Of a stretch of DNA of 64,000 nt, positions 22,439 to 32,403 are shown piece after piece. Numbering within the stretch: the stretch's first letter is position 1; each line of letters opens with the position of its first letter. The stretch comes from an uncultured delta proteobacterium (GTDB taxonomy: Bacteria; Desulfobacterota; Desulfobacteria; Desulfobacterales; UBA2156): the NCBI GenBank assembly GCA_963736855.1, contig CAVTQK010000017.1, forward strand, positions 64,001-128,000, read 5' to 3'. The notes beneath the pieces are model-generated. The model was not told the origin of the DNA and did no database searches. It saw only the letters and a list, made by a program, of their open reading frames with translations. The position numbers and the translations under genes are program-made.

Positions 22439-23275
22439 ATGGGTACAGGCCCTAAATTCAAACCTAAAATATTGGGATTTGTATGTCATTGGTGAGTATA
22501 TGGCGCTGCTGACCTGGCTGGAGTTTCCAGACTGCAATATACAACCGAAATCAAACTGATTCGCGTCATGTGTTCCGGCAGAGTCGATCTGGAATTTATT
22601 CTCAGGGCGTTCTCAAATGGAATGGATGGTGTCTTTATAGGCGGATGCCGCCTCAATGAATGCAATTACGTTACTCATGGAAATTATCACGCGCTCAACA
22701 TGGTACTTCTATGTAAAAAGATCATGGAACACATCGGGCTAAATCCGGAAAGGTTACATATCGAATTTATGTCTGCCGGTGAAGGAATCCGTTTTGCTGA
22801 AGTAATGAATGATTTCGGCAGAAAGGTTGAAGAGATCGGGCCTTTCGGACAAAGCGAAGGAATCGATAAAAACGAATTAAGATCCAGACTTCAAGAAGTC
22901 GTGAAGCTGATTCCTTACATTAAGATTATAAAAAGAGAAAAGCTGGGTTTACGTCTATGCGGCCAAGAAGAATATGACGCATTTTTCACCATTGATGAGA
23001 TAGAACGGCTGTTTAATGAAGTCGTGTCGTACTATATCGATCCGGATAAATGCCAGGCATGTATGATCTGTTTTAGAAAATGTCCTGTTGAGGCGATTTC
23101 AGGCGGCAAAAACCTGATTCATGTCATTGATCAAGAAAAATGCATCAAATGTGGCACTTGCTTTGAAGTTTGTCCTCCTCGCTTTGGGGCGATAAAAAAG
23201 ATTTCCGGCGAAGATGTTCCACCTCCCCTTCCTGTAGAAAAGAGAACCATAGTCAGAAAAACTAAAGAGAAATGA
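22439..23275 (+). CDS. bamF: BamF, MvhD-like selenoprotein with C-terminal ferredoxin domain (UGA 22493-22495)
   Basis: MGTGPKFKPKILGFVCHW-U-VYGAADLAGVSRLQY is in frame with MCSGRVD; C-terminal CQACMICFRKCP and CIKCGTCFEVCP. Confidence 0.9.
22518..22530 (+). promoter_or_regulatory. Putative SECIS apical hairpin of bamF
   Basis: CUGGA-GUU-UCCAG about 23 nt downstream of the UGA. Confidence 0.55.
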
Positions 23276-23362
23276 GAAATATTCAACAAAGCCTCTTTTT
23301 AACCGGGTCAATTATTCCCTCTTTAAAACCAGTTGAAAGTAATAAAGTAAAACGTAGATTGC

Positions 23363-24208
23363 TTATTTAACCGGGGCGGCCAGGCGTCTGAAGCCGCAAT
23401 AGACATGAATCCCTGATTGCTTGGACGGTGAGGCCAGGGTCATGTTCAGGGAATCGGCCAGTTTGACGGCCAGGGCCGTAGCGGCTGAAGAAGCCATAAG
23501 GAATGGGATTTTAGCTCGGGCGGCCTTTTGAACCATTTCGTAGCTGATGCGGGAAGACAGGATTAAAACCCCCGCTCGATGAAGATCCCCTTTCAGAAAG
23601 AGTTTTCCAATAGCCTTGTCCAGAGCGTTGTGGCGGCCTACATCTTCGGCTATCGATAAAAGTTCAAAAGTGTTGGTATAGATCGCTGCGGCATGTGCAG
23701 TACGGGTCCGCCGGTACAGGGGTTGGAGCTCTTTTAATGTTTCTAAACATCGATAGGCTCTTTCCAGGTCAACGGGCGGACCATCCGCCATGACCTCAAC
23801 CATCTGCGAAAGATCTTCAGCCAGTTCTTTGCCGCAAATGCCGCAGCTGGTTTGGCTGACAAAGCCCCGGCGTTCCAATATAGAAGCGATACTTCTAAAA
23901 CGGGCGGGAGTGACAGTAAGGGTTGCCACATTCGTGGCCTCTCCTTCACAGGAGCCGATGTTTTCAATGTCCTCCGGACTGTCGATGATGCCCTCGGCCA
24001 GACAAAACCCGGCAATATGGGCCAACTCATCCCCTGGGGTGCGCATGACGACAACATAGGGTAGCCCCTGAACCCGGATGGACAATGGCTCTTCCTGAAT
24101 CAGCTCCAGCCGGATAGAGGTCTTTGCTTTTCCTTCCTGGTGAAGGGCCATTAAAGGGATAGTGTTATCGCTCAAGAATTCTCCCAAAACCGATCCCGTA
24201 AAAGTCAT
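23363..24208 (-). CDS. fdhD: FdhD/NarQ sulfurtransferase
   Basis: EEPLSI, MRTPG, TSCGICG, EDVGRHNALDKAIG, SSRISYEMVQKA. Confidence 0.92.
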   Translation of the reverse strand: MTFTGSVLGEFLSDNTIPLMALHQEGKAKTSIRLELIQEEPLSIRVQGLPYVVVMRTPGDELAHIAGFCLAEGIIDSPEDIENIGSCEGEATNVATLTVTPARFRSIASILERRGFVSQTSCGICGKELAEDLSQMVEVMADGPPVDLERAYRCLETLKELQPLYRRTRTAHAAAIYTNTFELLSIAEDVGRHNALDKAIGKLFLKGDLHRAGVLILSSRISYEMVQKAARAKIPFLMASSAATALAVKLADSLNMTLASPSKQSGIHVYCGFRRLAAPVK

Positions 24209-24552
24209 TTTATCCTGTCTGGCCGCCGATTTTCATCGTTTCTGTTCTCGCCATTTTCTTTATATCGCTCACTTTCAAATATACTAAAAACAGCCATACG
24301 AGAATGATTTCCTGTGGATAACTTAACTTTATGTATTCGTCTCCACAAACCGGCGGGGAGATCCGCAAGACGGAAATGGGGGAAAGTTATTGACTTCATA
24401 AACTCTTAGAATGCTATTATATATTTATGAAATATTCAATTGTTATTTGGCATTCAATATCAATAAGTTAGGTGCATGGTTTATAAGCAAGGCAGAATTT
24501 TCCGCGTGACACCCGGTGGTTATGCAGGTATTTCCTTTCTGGACGAATGGGT

Positions 24553-24771
24553 TCAATGGTTTTTTGAAAAACGGTAGAAAATGCATTGATCATGATTCGG
24601 GCTTTTCTTTTGGATCGGTGGAACAGCAGGATCAAGACATCCCGGATTAGGGAAATGGCCTGGGTGAAATTGACCTACGATGAAACGGCAGACAGCGGTT
24701 GCGGGAGAAATCTTTAGATAAAAAGCAGGTTCCGTGCCAACCTTACTGTTTGGGACATCATTTCTCGACAT
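24553..24771 (-). CDS. Small hypothetical protein (72 aa)
   Basis: GAAAGGGG RBS before the ATG; no recognised motif. Confidence 0.4.
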   Translation of the reverse strand: MSRNDVPNSKVGTEPAFYLKISPATAVCRFIVGQFHPGHFPNPGCLDPAVPPIQKKSPNHDQCIFYRFSKNH

Positions 24772-24911
24772 GGTATGCCCCTTTCATAAAGGTTAATGGA
24801 TTTTTCTATTTGAAGCGAGTATACAATGCGGATCATCTCAAATCAAAATATTTATCAATTATTTAGAATGGTTATCGGATTTTTTGGTGTGCTTAAGTTA
24901 ATGACATCGGA

Positions 24912-24960
24912 TCCAGCGCCTTGTTCCGGCGCGCGAAGCGCGGCGGGGTAAGGCACTGGA
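24912..24960. repeat. GC-rich nested inverted repeat (REP-like)
   Basis: TCCAGcGCCTT...AAGGCaCTGGA encloses CGCGC-GAA-GCGCG. Confidence 0.5.
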
Positions 24961-25169
24961 CGAAGTCGGAGCCGCGATTCCGCACGACGCAGTCACGCGA
25001 AACAAAGAATTTGCTTGCTTTATTATCAAATAATTGTTAATATATGGGAATATCAATAGAGTCCCTGTCTAATATTCAGGGCTGTCTCTTTCTGAAGGAA
25101 CAATCCATCTGTCAAAATGGCATCCTCCAGCTTGCGACATTGAAATTTTTAAGAAAGGAGGATGTTATC

Positions 25170-25370
25170 ATGAGCAATGGAACTGTTAAGTGGTTTAACG
25201 ACCAAAAAGGTTATGGCTTTATCGAGCAGGAAAGCGGACCGGATGTGTTTGTTCATCATTCAGGTATAAACGCAGACGGTTTTAAGAGCCTGCACGAAGG
25301 AGACCGTGTATGCTTTGACATCGAGCAAGGCAACAAAGGCCCTGCTGCAGTAAATGTCACAGTGAGTTAA
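25170..25370 (+). CDS. Cold-shock protein
   Basis: [32 protein letters not shown]. Confidence 0.97.
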   Translation: MSNGTVKWFNDQKGYGFIEQESGPDVFVHHSGINADGFKSLHEGDRVCFDIEQGNKGPAAVNVTVS

Positions 25371-25383
25371 ACATCGAAACCTG

Positions 25384-25425
25384 AAAAAAGGGCATACCTC
25401 CGGGATTTGGGGTGTGCCCTTTTTC
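25384..25425 (+). terminator. Intrinsic terminator after csp
   Basis: AAAAAGGGCATACC...GGTGTGCCCTTTTT. Confidence 0.8.
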
Positions 25426-25610
25426 GCTTAAGAGTGATTTTCTGGAAAAACTCCCATATTTCAGTCCTATTTATTGCCGAGTTTCGGGGAATTCATTATT
25501 CCACTCGTGGTTATTGTAGATGTGGATCGAACCGTATGCTTTGATGTTGGGGCCTGCTCGCTTTTTAATTGGAAGATAGACGAAATGATGGAGGTCAAAA
25601 GGTATTTTGT

Positions 25611-25895
25611 ATGAATATCTACATCGGAAATTTATCTCAGAACATTACGGAAGATAACATAAGAGTATTGTTTAGCGAGTTCGGAAATGTCGAGAATGTT
25701 AAGGTTATCAAGGACCGGTTTTCAGGTAGAATAAAGGGATACGGATTCATTGAAATGCCAAACAACTCTGAAGCAGATCAGGCAATCAAGGCGTTGAACG
25801 GAAGCAATGTAGGCGGAAGTATTATTAAAGTAAATCCTGCAGATTCGGGTGGGAAGCGGAAAAAGAAGCGACCTTTTCGTAGAAGGGACGATTGA
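25611..25895 (+). CDS. RRM-domain RNA-binding protein
   Basis: MNIYIGNL (RNP2), KGYGFIEM (RNP1). Confidence 0.93.
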   Translation: MNIYIGNLSQNITEDNIRVLFSEFGNVENVKVIKDRFSGRIKGYGFIEMPNNSEADQAIKALNGSNVGGSIIKVNPADSGGKRKKKRPFRRRDD

Positions 25896-25908
25896 AGGTC
25901 CAAAGTTG

Positions 25909-27012
25909 ATGCATCTACCCGAGCTGCATATTGGAGATTTGGTCGCTAAAATTCCCATCGTCCAAGGTGGGATGGGGGTAGGTATATCCCTTTCCGGACT
26001 GTCATCGGCTGTAGCCAATGAAGGCGGCATCGGCGTCATTGCCGCTGCTATGATCGGAATGGATGAACCCGATATTCTCACAAACCCAAGAGAAGCCAAT
26101 GTTCGAGCGCTAAAGAAAGAGATCCGTAAAGCCCGAGTTCAGACCAAAGGCCTTTTGGGTGTCAACGTTATGGTGGCACTGACCCATTACATCGAACTGG
26201 TTAAAGCCGCTGTTGAAGAAAAGATCGACTTCATATTTGCAGGTGCCGGTCTGCCCCTGGACCTGCCGAAATACCTGCAGAACACCACTACCTCGAAACT
26301 GGTTCCCATCGTGTCTTCCGCCAGGGCTGCCGAGTTACTCTGCAAGAAATGGGCGAGGTTCGCTTATATTCCGGATGCGATCGTGGTAGAAGGCCCCATG
26401 GCCGGTGGTCACCTTGGTTTGAAAAAAGAGCAGCTTTTTTCGCCGGAATTCAATTTAGAAAAACTGGTTTCGGAAGTATTGGAAGCTGTTAGGCCATTTG
26501 GGCAGGACTACGGGAAACCCATTCCTGTAATTGCGGCGGGTGGGATTTATTCCGGTGGAGATATATACCGCTTTCTAAGGCTGGGCGCAGCCGGGGTTCA
26601 GATGGCCACACGTTTTGTGGCCACACATGAATGCGATGCGTCAATAGCATTCAAGCAGGCCTATATTAATGCCACCAAGGAAGATATCGTAATTATCGAA
26701 AGTCCGGTAGGATTGCCAGGTCGAGCTATCAACAACGAATTTCTGAAAGCGGTCAAACGCGGGGAAAAAATACCCTTTACTTGCCCCTACCACTGTATCC
26801 GGACATGTGACCGCAAAAATAGTCCTTACTGCATTGCATTGGCGCTTATGAACGCCAAAAAGGGAAACCTCAAGTGTGGTTTCGTCTTTTCCGGGCAGAA
26901 TGCATACCGAGTCGATCGCATCGTGTCCGTCAAAGAATTGATTAGCTCGCTCAAACAGGAATTTTTATTATCTCAGCAGACCGATCCAAGCGCTCTCCAA
27001 ATGACAGGCTGA
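25909..27012 (+). CDS. Nitronate monooxygenase/FabK-like flavoprotein
   Basis: PIVQGGMGVGIS, VEGPMAGGHLG, GVQMATRF, CPYHCIRTC. Confidence 0.92.
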   Translation: MHLPELHIGDLVAKIPIVQGGMGVGISLSGLSSAVANEGGIGVIAAAMIGMDEPDILTNPREANVRALKKEIRKARVQTKGLLGVNVMVALTHYIELVKAAVEEKIDFIFAGAGLPLDLPKYLQNTTTSKLVPIVSSARAAELLCKKWARFAYIPDAIVVEGPMAGGHLGLKKEQLFSPEFNLEKLVSEVLEAVRPFGQDYGKPIPVIAAGGIYSGGDIYRFLRLGAAGVQMATRFVATHECDASIAFKQAYINATKEDIVIIESPVGLPGRAINNEFLKAVKRGEKIPFTCPYHCIRTCDRKNSPYCIALALMNAKKGNLKCGFVFSGQNAYRVDRIVSVKELISSLKQEFLLSQQTDPSALQMTG

Positions 27013-27120
27013 ACCTGTAAACAGTCAAAAGAACCTGGTCAAGTAACCCGCCTTTACCTGTTACCGTCACGGAGTATTTCGTCTATCCCGACAGCGTTCC
27101 CGGTTTGGGTATTTTTGAAA

Positions 27121-27271
27121 GGCTTGCATCCGTAAAAGGTCGAAAATCAGATGGCAAAGTAAAGGTTTCAAGTTCAAGGCGACGGAATCCAGTGTGATGA
27201 GGCGTATTATCGTACGTGAAATCGCACGGGATGAAGCGCAACGCAGAAATTGGACCATTACGAAGCATCAA
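27121..27271 (-). repeat. MITE-like dispersed repeat, copy 1
   Basis: Near reverse complement of 62803-62958 (e.g. GGGATGAAGCGCAACGCAGAAATTGGAC vs GTCCAATTTCTGCGTTGCGCTTCATCCC). Confidence 0.85.
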
Positions 27272-27417
27272 TGTTTATTTTAACCCTGCGTTAACACTCC
27301 TAAATACTTGCTTTTACCTGAGCGGCAAATAGAGAAAACAAAAGAAAATGCCTTGACAAGATTAATTAGTATTGCTAAAAATCAAAAATAATAATCAGGT
27401 TATACTAATGATGTATT

Positions 27418-27496
27418 TCCTGCACAATGAAGTGCAGGATAAATACTAGAACCGACAAAGGCGTCTGTTCCTTAAATAAGGGATAGGCGCTTTTTC
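27418..27496 (+). promoter_or_regulatory. ANTAR-type dual-hairpin antiterminator overlapping an intrinsic terminator
   Basis: P1 TCCTGCAC-AATGAA-GTGCAGGA; P2 GAC-AAAGGC-GTC (hexaloops with A1/G4); P2 overlaps terminator GGCGTCTGTTCCTT-AAAT-AAGGGATAGGCGCT-TTTT; TTGACA at 27353. Confidence 0.8.
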
Positions 27497-27599
27497 ATTC
27501 CTATCTCCAGCATACAGTTAGAAAATACAGACAAATGTCGTATCTTTTGCCATGCTACGTATGTTTCACCATCTTTTATTAAAGTGAAAGGAGAAAGGA

Positions 27600-29252
27600 A
27601 TGAGGTTCGAAAAAAGTAACGATGTACTTGGAACCACCAATCGCGGCAATCCGGCCGAATCCGGTTTATGCACTCTTTGCCGAGCGGATTGTCATGGAAA
27701 ATGTGAAACCTGGCTTTCAAGCCTTGTGGGGAGGAAACTGCTTTACCCAAGGGATTTCGGCTTTGTAACGGCAGGGGCAAACAATACAACCCATGTGGGC
27801 GTGTCCTATAACTCCCTTCGAATTCAGGGATATGCCTATGGCGCCAACGGGCTTTCCCAGGGATTATCCAATGATCCGGATGATTGTATTTTCCCCAATG
27901 TCAACCTCGAAACATCCTTTGGCAACACCATGAAGACCAAAATCCGGATGCCGCTGATGACCGGCGCTTTAGGATCCACATTTATTGCCGCCAAGTATTG
28001 GGATTCCTTTGCCATTGGCGGTTCCCTCGTGGGAATTCCCGTGGTTATCGGTGAAAACGTGGTCGGCGTTGATCGCGAGTCCCAAATCGGCAAGGGAAAA
28101 ACAAGAAAGGGAAAAATCAAAAGCTCTCCTGAAATGGAACGCCGTATCAATACGTACCTGAGGTATCATGACGATTATGGCGCCATCATTGTTCAGCTCA
28201 ATGTTGAAGACACGCGAAACGGTGTTGCCGAATTCATTGCGGAAAAATATGGAAATAAATGCATCATCGAGCTGAAATGGGGACAGGGCGCCAAGAACAT
28301 CGGCGGTGAAATTCAGGTGACCAGCCTCGAATACGCCGCATTCCTTAAGGAGAGAGGATATGTGGTTGATCCGGACCCAACCAAACCCGAAGTCAAAGAG
28401 GCATTCAAGAAGGGTTCAATTAGATCCTTTGCCCGCCATAGCCGGATGGGTGGAACTAATTTGAAAAATGTTGATAAAGTGCGCGAAGATTTTATGAATA
28501 CGGTTGAGTACCTCCGCAGCATCGGTTTTAAGAGAATTACACTGAAAACAGGATCTTATGGCATGGAAGAATTGGCGATGGCCATTAAGTTTGCCTCCGA
28601 TGCGAAATGCGATTTGCTTACCATTGACGGTTCAGGTGGCGGTACCGGCATGAGTCCCTGGAATATGATGCAGAGCTGGGGTGTTCCCTCGATTATCCTC
28701 CACTCGAAAGCCTATGAATATGCCGGCATACTTGCCGCTAGGGGTGAAAAAGTGGTGGATATGTCCTTTGCAGGCGGATTTGCCCTTGAAGACCATATCT
28801 TCAAAGCATTAGCTCTTGGAGCGCCCTACACAAAGCTCATCTGTATGGGCAGGGCAATTATGATTCCCGGTTTTGTCGGATCAAATATTGAAGGGGCAAT
28901 CCATCCGGACAAAAGAGATACGGTATTCGGAAACTGGGATAACCTCCCCAAAACCGTTAGCTCTATTGGTTCCAAGGCTGAAGAGATATTTGCCTCCTAT
29001 TTTGATGTTCAGAAAAAAGTGGGTAAAAAAGAAATGACCAACATCCCCTATGGGGCAATTGCGTTCTATACACTGGCGGATAAACTTGCTTGCGGATTGC
29101 AACAGCTAATGGCAGGTGTAAGGAAATTTTCCTTATCCACTCTTTCCCGAAGTGATCTTTTCGCCGGTAACAGAGAAACTGCGCAGGAAACGGGCATTTC
29201 CCATGTTGCCGATGTTAACGATGAAGCTGCAAAGAAGATATTGAATTCATAA
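27600..29252 (+). CDS. Stand-alone FMN-binding glutamate synthase family protein
   Basis: ELKWGQGAKNIGGE, IDGSGGGTGMSP, FKALALGA; N-terminal CTLCRADCHGKC. Confidence 0.9.
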   Translation: MRFEKSNDVLGTTNRGNPAESGLCTLCRADCHGKCETWLSSLVGRKLLYPRDFGFVTAGANNTTHVGVSYNSLRIQGYAYGANGLSQGLSNDPDDCIFPNVNLETSFGNTMKTKIRMPLMTGALGSTFIAAKYWDSFAIGGSLVGIPVVIGENVVGVDRESQIGKGKTRKGKIKSSPEMERRINTYLRYHDDYGAIIVQLNVEDTRNGVAEFIAEKYGNKCIIELKWGQGAKNIGGEIQVTSLEYAAFLKERGYVVDPDPTKPEVKEAFKKGSIRSFARHSRMGGTNLKNVDKVREDFMNTVEYLRSIGFKRITLKTGSYGMEELAMAIKFASDAKCDLLTIDGSGGGTGMSPWNMMQSWGVPSIILHSKAYEYAGILAARGEKVVDMSFAGGFALEDHIFKALALGAPYTKLICMGRAIMIPGFVGSNIEGAIHPDKRDTVFGNWDNLPKTVSSIGSKAEEIFASYFDVQKKVGKKEMTNIPYGAIAFYTLADKLACGLQQLMAGVRKFSLSTLSRSDLFAGNRETAQETGISHVADVNDEAAKKILNS

Positions 29253-29293
29253 GCGATAGTAGAACGAAGACCTTTCACATCTTTGGTCAATAT

Positions 29294-29330
29294 ACAAGGC
29301 TCACCGGTGATGATGCCCGGTGAGCCTTGT
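29294..29330. terminator. Hairpin between convergent genes
   Basis: Perfect 14-bp inverted repeat ACAAGGCTCACCGG/CCGGTGAGCCTTGT. Confidence 0.75.
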
Positions 29331-29334
29331 GCCT

Positions 29335-29916
29335 TCATGAAACCGCCCAAACCTCTGACAGCACTTCCGCCTGTTCAAGCACGGTCCGAGTCGCTTTTTC
29401 CTGTTTATCCGGCGGATAGCCGAATTTGCGCAGGATGCGCTTCACAATTACGCGAAGCTGGGCTCGCACATTCTCCCGCAGGGTCCAATCGATACTCGCA
29501 TTGGGTCGAACCGAAGCGACGAGTTCGCGAGCGATGGTTCGCAGCGTTTCATCCCCCAGGACCTTTACGGCGCTGTCGTTGGTTTCCAGGGCATCATAAA
29601 AAGCCAATTCATCCTCATTCAGCTTCAGATCTTGCCCCCGTTGGTCTGCCTGTCGCATTTGTTTGGCAAGTGCGATCAATTCCTCAATCACCTGGGCGGC
29701 TTCAATGGCGCGGTTTTGATAGCGGCGAATGGAGCGTTCCAGCATCTCGGTAAAGGAACGCGACTGCACCACATTTTTGCGCCGGCGGGTCTGGATTTCA
29801 CCGGTAAGGAGTTTGCGCAATAGTTCCACAGCCAGGTTTTTATGGGGCATCCCTTTCATTTCGGCTAAAAACTCATCCGAAAGTATGGAAATGTCGGGTT
29901 TCTTCAGCCCGGCCGC
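29335..29916 (-). pseudogene. hsdR: Type I restriction subunit HsdR, C-terminal (DUF3387-type) fragment only
   Basis: [19 protein letters not shown]...[12 protein letters not shown]...ELAFYDAL...[17 protein letters not shown]. Confidence 0.85.
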
Positions 29917-30256
29917 GGGACAGCAGCTTGCCGTGAATTTCCCGGATCAACCGATTGGAAAGGGGAAAATCCTCCATGAGTCTTTTGAGCCCATGGTCGA
30001 GGGCGGCGAAGTAGATTGGAAACTTCCACCACATCGTCAAAGGGGACGCCGGGGGCTTCATCGAGTTCGAAAAGGAGCAGATCGGAAAGCGAGGACTGGG
30101 TGCCTTCGATCTGGCTGGAGAGCACGGCCTCACGGCGAACATAAGCATACAGGAAGAGGTCCGGGTCAGGGAAGGAGGGTCGTGATGGCGTCGAGCCGGC
30201 CGAGCGCCAGGTGCGCCCTCTCCAGTGCGCGATGCCTGGGACCGAGTTCCAGCGGA
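29909..30256 (-). pseudogene. Fic-family protein N-terminal fragment
   Basis: Across two frameshifts: [11 protein letters not shown]...[31 protein letters not shown]...[15 protein letters not shown]; no HPF motif region. Confidence 0.75.
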
Positions 30257-30526
30257 GGCATAAGGCAGATACCTTCGTCCGCCGCGTCCTTGATTTTTTG
30301 AGGTCACAAATTGTGATCTCAAAACATCGAATTCTTCCCGGGTAAGCTGAAGCATGAAGTCGTCGGGAAAACGGGCGATGTTGCGTTTGACTGCCTGGAC
30401 AAGGACACGCGTCTTAACTCCGTAAAGATCGGCCAGGTCCGCGTCGAGGATCACCTTATTTTCACGGAGATATAAGATTCGGGATTCAATACGCGTCATG
30501 GGGACAATATCCCGGTCACTTGCCAT
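30256..30526 (-). pseudogene. ORF6N-domain DNA-binding protein, truncated
   Basis: [39 protein letters not shown]...GGRRYLPYA, then an abrupt break. Confidence 0.8.
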
Positions 30527-32072
30527 ATCCCAATTCCTTCATGTTCTTCCATATCGCCCCATCCAATTCCCTCGCGGTTGCCTGCTGCTCTCGCAGTTGC
30601 TTCACGAGCCGCTTCATCTTTTCGTCAAACGGTTCTCCATCGTCTTCCTGGGCTTCGGCGCCCACGTAGCGGCCGGGTGTCAGCACATGGCCGTGCTTGC
30701 GGATTTCATCGAGGGTCGCGCTCTTGCAGAAACCGGGAACATCCTTGTACTCGCCTGCCGCCTTCTCGCCGCGCCAGGCGTGGTAGGTGTTCGCGATACG
30801 GGTGATGTCCTCGTCGGTCAGTTCCCGATGAGTACGATCCACCATGCGGCCGAGCTTGCGTGTGTCGATGAAAAGCACATGTCTCCTGCGGTCCCGAAAG
30901 CGGGCGTTTTTCTTGTCGCGCGCCAGAAACCAAAGGCATGCAGGAATCTGGGTCGAATAAAAGAGCTGACCCGGGAGAGCAATCATGCAATCCACAAGGT
31001 CGGCTTCGATCATGTTTTTGCGGATCTCGCCTTCACCGGATTGATTGGAGGACATGGAACCGTTGGCCAGGACAAAACCGGCGAGCCCTGTCGGCGCCAG
31101 GTGATGAATCATGTGCTGGACCCATGCAAAGTTGGCGTTGCCCACCGGAGGCACGCCATATTTCCAGCGCTTGTCCTCCCGCAGGCGGTCCCCGCCCCAG
31201 TCGCTGACATTAAAAGGTGGATTGGCCAGGATATAGTCGGCCTTGAGGTCGGGAAAGCGGTCGTTGTGGAAGGTGTCGCCGTGGGCGATCTGCCCCTCAA
31301 TCCCCCGAAGCGCCAGGTTCATCTTTGCCAGCCGCCATGTTGTATAATTGGACTCCTGCCCGTAGATGGCGATGTCCCCGATGCGCCCTCCGTGGGCTTT
31401 GATAAAGGCCTCCGACTGAACGAACATTCCTGATGAGCCGCAGCACGGGTCATAAATCCTTCCCTTAAAGGGTTCGAGCATCTCCACCAGGAGCCTGACC
31501 ACACATCGGGGAGTGTAGAATTCTCCGCCTTTCTTGCCTTCGGCACTGGCAAACTGGGAAAGGAAGTATTCATAAACCCGACCGAGCACATCTTTGGCAC
31601 GGCTATCCGCATCCCCGACCCGGATGTTGGTAACGAGGTCGATGAGTTGGCCCAGGCGGGTTTTATCCAATGCAGGACGCGCATAATCCTTTGGGAGCAC
31701 ACCCTTGAGGGATGGATTGTCCCGTTCGACGGCGTCCATGGCATCATCGACCCTCTTGCCTATATTGGGCTGCCTGGCATTTGCTTTGAGATTCGACCAG
31801 CGGGATTCCTTGGGCACCCAGAAAATGTTGACGGCGCGATACTCGTCCGGATCTTCGGGGTCAGCCCCCTTGTCCTTTTCGGCGGTCAGCCTGGCGTGCT
31901 GTTCTTCAAAGGCATCGGTAATGTATTTCAGGAAAATGAGTCCAAGGACGACATGCTTGTATTCGGCGGCATCCATGCTGCCTCGCAGCGCATCAGCCAT
32001 CTGCCAGAGTTGGGCCTCATAACCGATGTTGGCACCGTTGTTTTTGTAGGTAATTTTATTCTGTCGTGCCAT
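30516..32072 (-). CDS. hsdM: Type I R-M methyltransferase subunit HsdM
   Basis: [43 protein letters not shown]. Confidence 0.95.
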   Translation of the reverse strand: MARQNKITYKNNGANIGYEAQLWQMADALRGSMDAAEYKHVVLGLIFLKYITDAFEEQHARLTAEKDKGADPEDPDEYRAVNIFWVPKESRWSNLKANARQPNIGKRVDDAMDAVERDNPSLKGVLPKDYARPALDKTRLGQLIDLVTNIRVGDADSRAKDVLGRVYEYFLSQFASAEGKKGGEFYTPRCVVRLLVEMLEPFKGRIYDPCCGSSGMFVQSEAFIKAHGGRIGDIAIYGQESNYTTWRLAKMNLALRGIEGQIAHGDTFHNDRFPDLKADYILANPPFNVSDWGGDRLREDKRWKYGVPPVGNANFAWVQHMIHHLAPTGLAGFVLANGSMSSNQSGEGEIRKNMIEADLVDCMIALPGQLFYSTQIPACLWFLARDKKNARFRDRRRHVLFIDTRKLGRMVDRTHRELTDEDITRIANTYHAWRGEKAAGEYKDVPGFCKSATLDEIRKHGHVLTPGRYVGAEAQEDDGEPFDEKMKRLVKQLREQQATARELDGAIWKNMKELGYGK

Positions 32073-32403
32073 TAGCTTCCTTTCACAGAAATAGGTGAGA
32101 AAGCATCGTGAACGAAATCATTCAACAGTGCCCGCGTTTAGAAGTGATTTCAAGGCGACAGAGATGTCTAGCAGAAAACGAAACCTGGTGCTCATATTCT
32201 GAACCGGTCAGATTCAATACCAATTTTCACATTGAAATTGCAAGGAAAAATGTCATAATAAAGGCATACAATACGGTTTTCATTTTGTTTCAAACTATTG
32301 TGGGAAAAGCGACCCGTTGAGAAAATTGAGAGATATAGGAAAAAAGGGGCAGAGGGATGAGATTGTCTCAATCGGAGCAATGGTCATAGAAAAGGAGAAT
32401 GAA

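Noticed and set aside
24313..24321. DnaA box (TGTGGATAA) as oriC
   Set aside because: Single box, with no cluster or origin-linked genes
29253..29334. Second att copy of the tRNA-Glu 3' end
   Set aside because: No TGGCGTCCCC-like match seen by eye, so the island's left boundary remains undefined
30498..31433. 311-aa plus-strand ORF and similar long antisense ORFs (e.g. 42444-43274, 44672-45472, 19188-19838)
   Set aside because: Shadows of well-supported genes on the opposite strand, with no motifs
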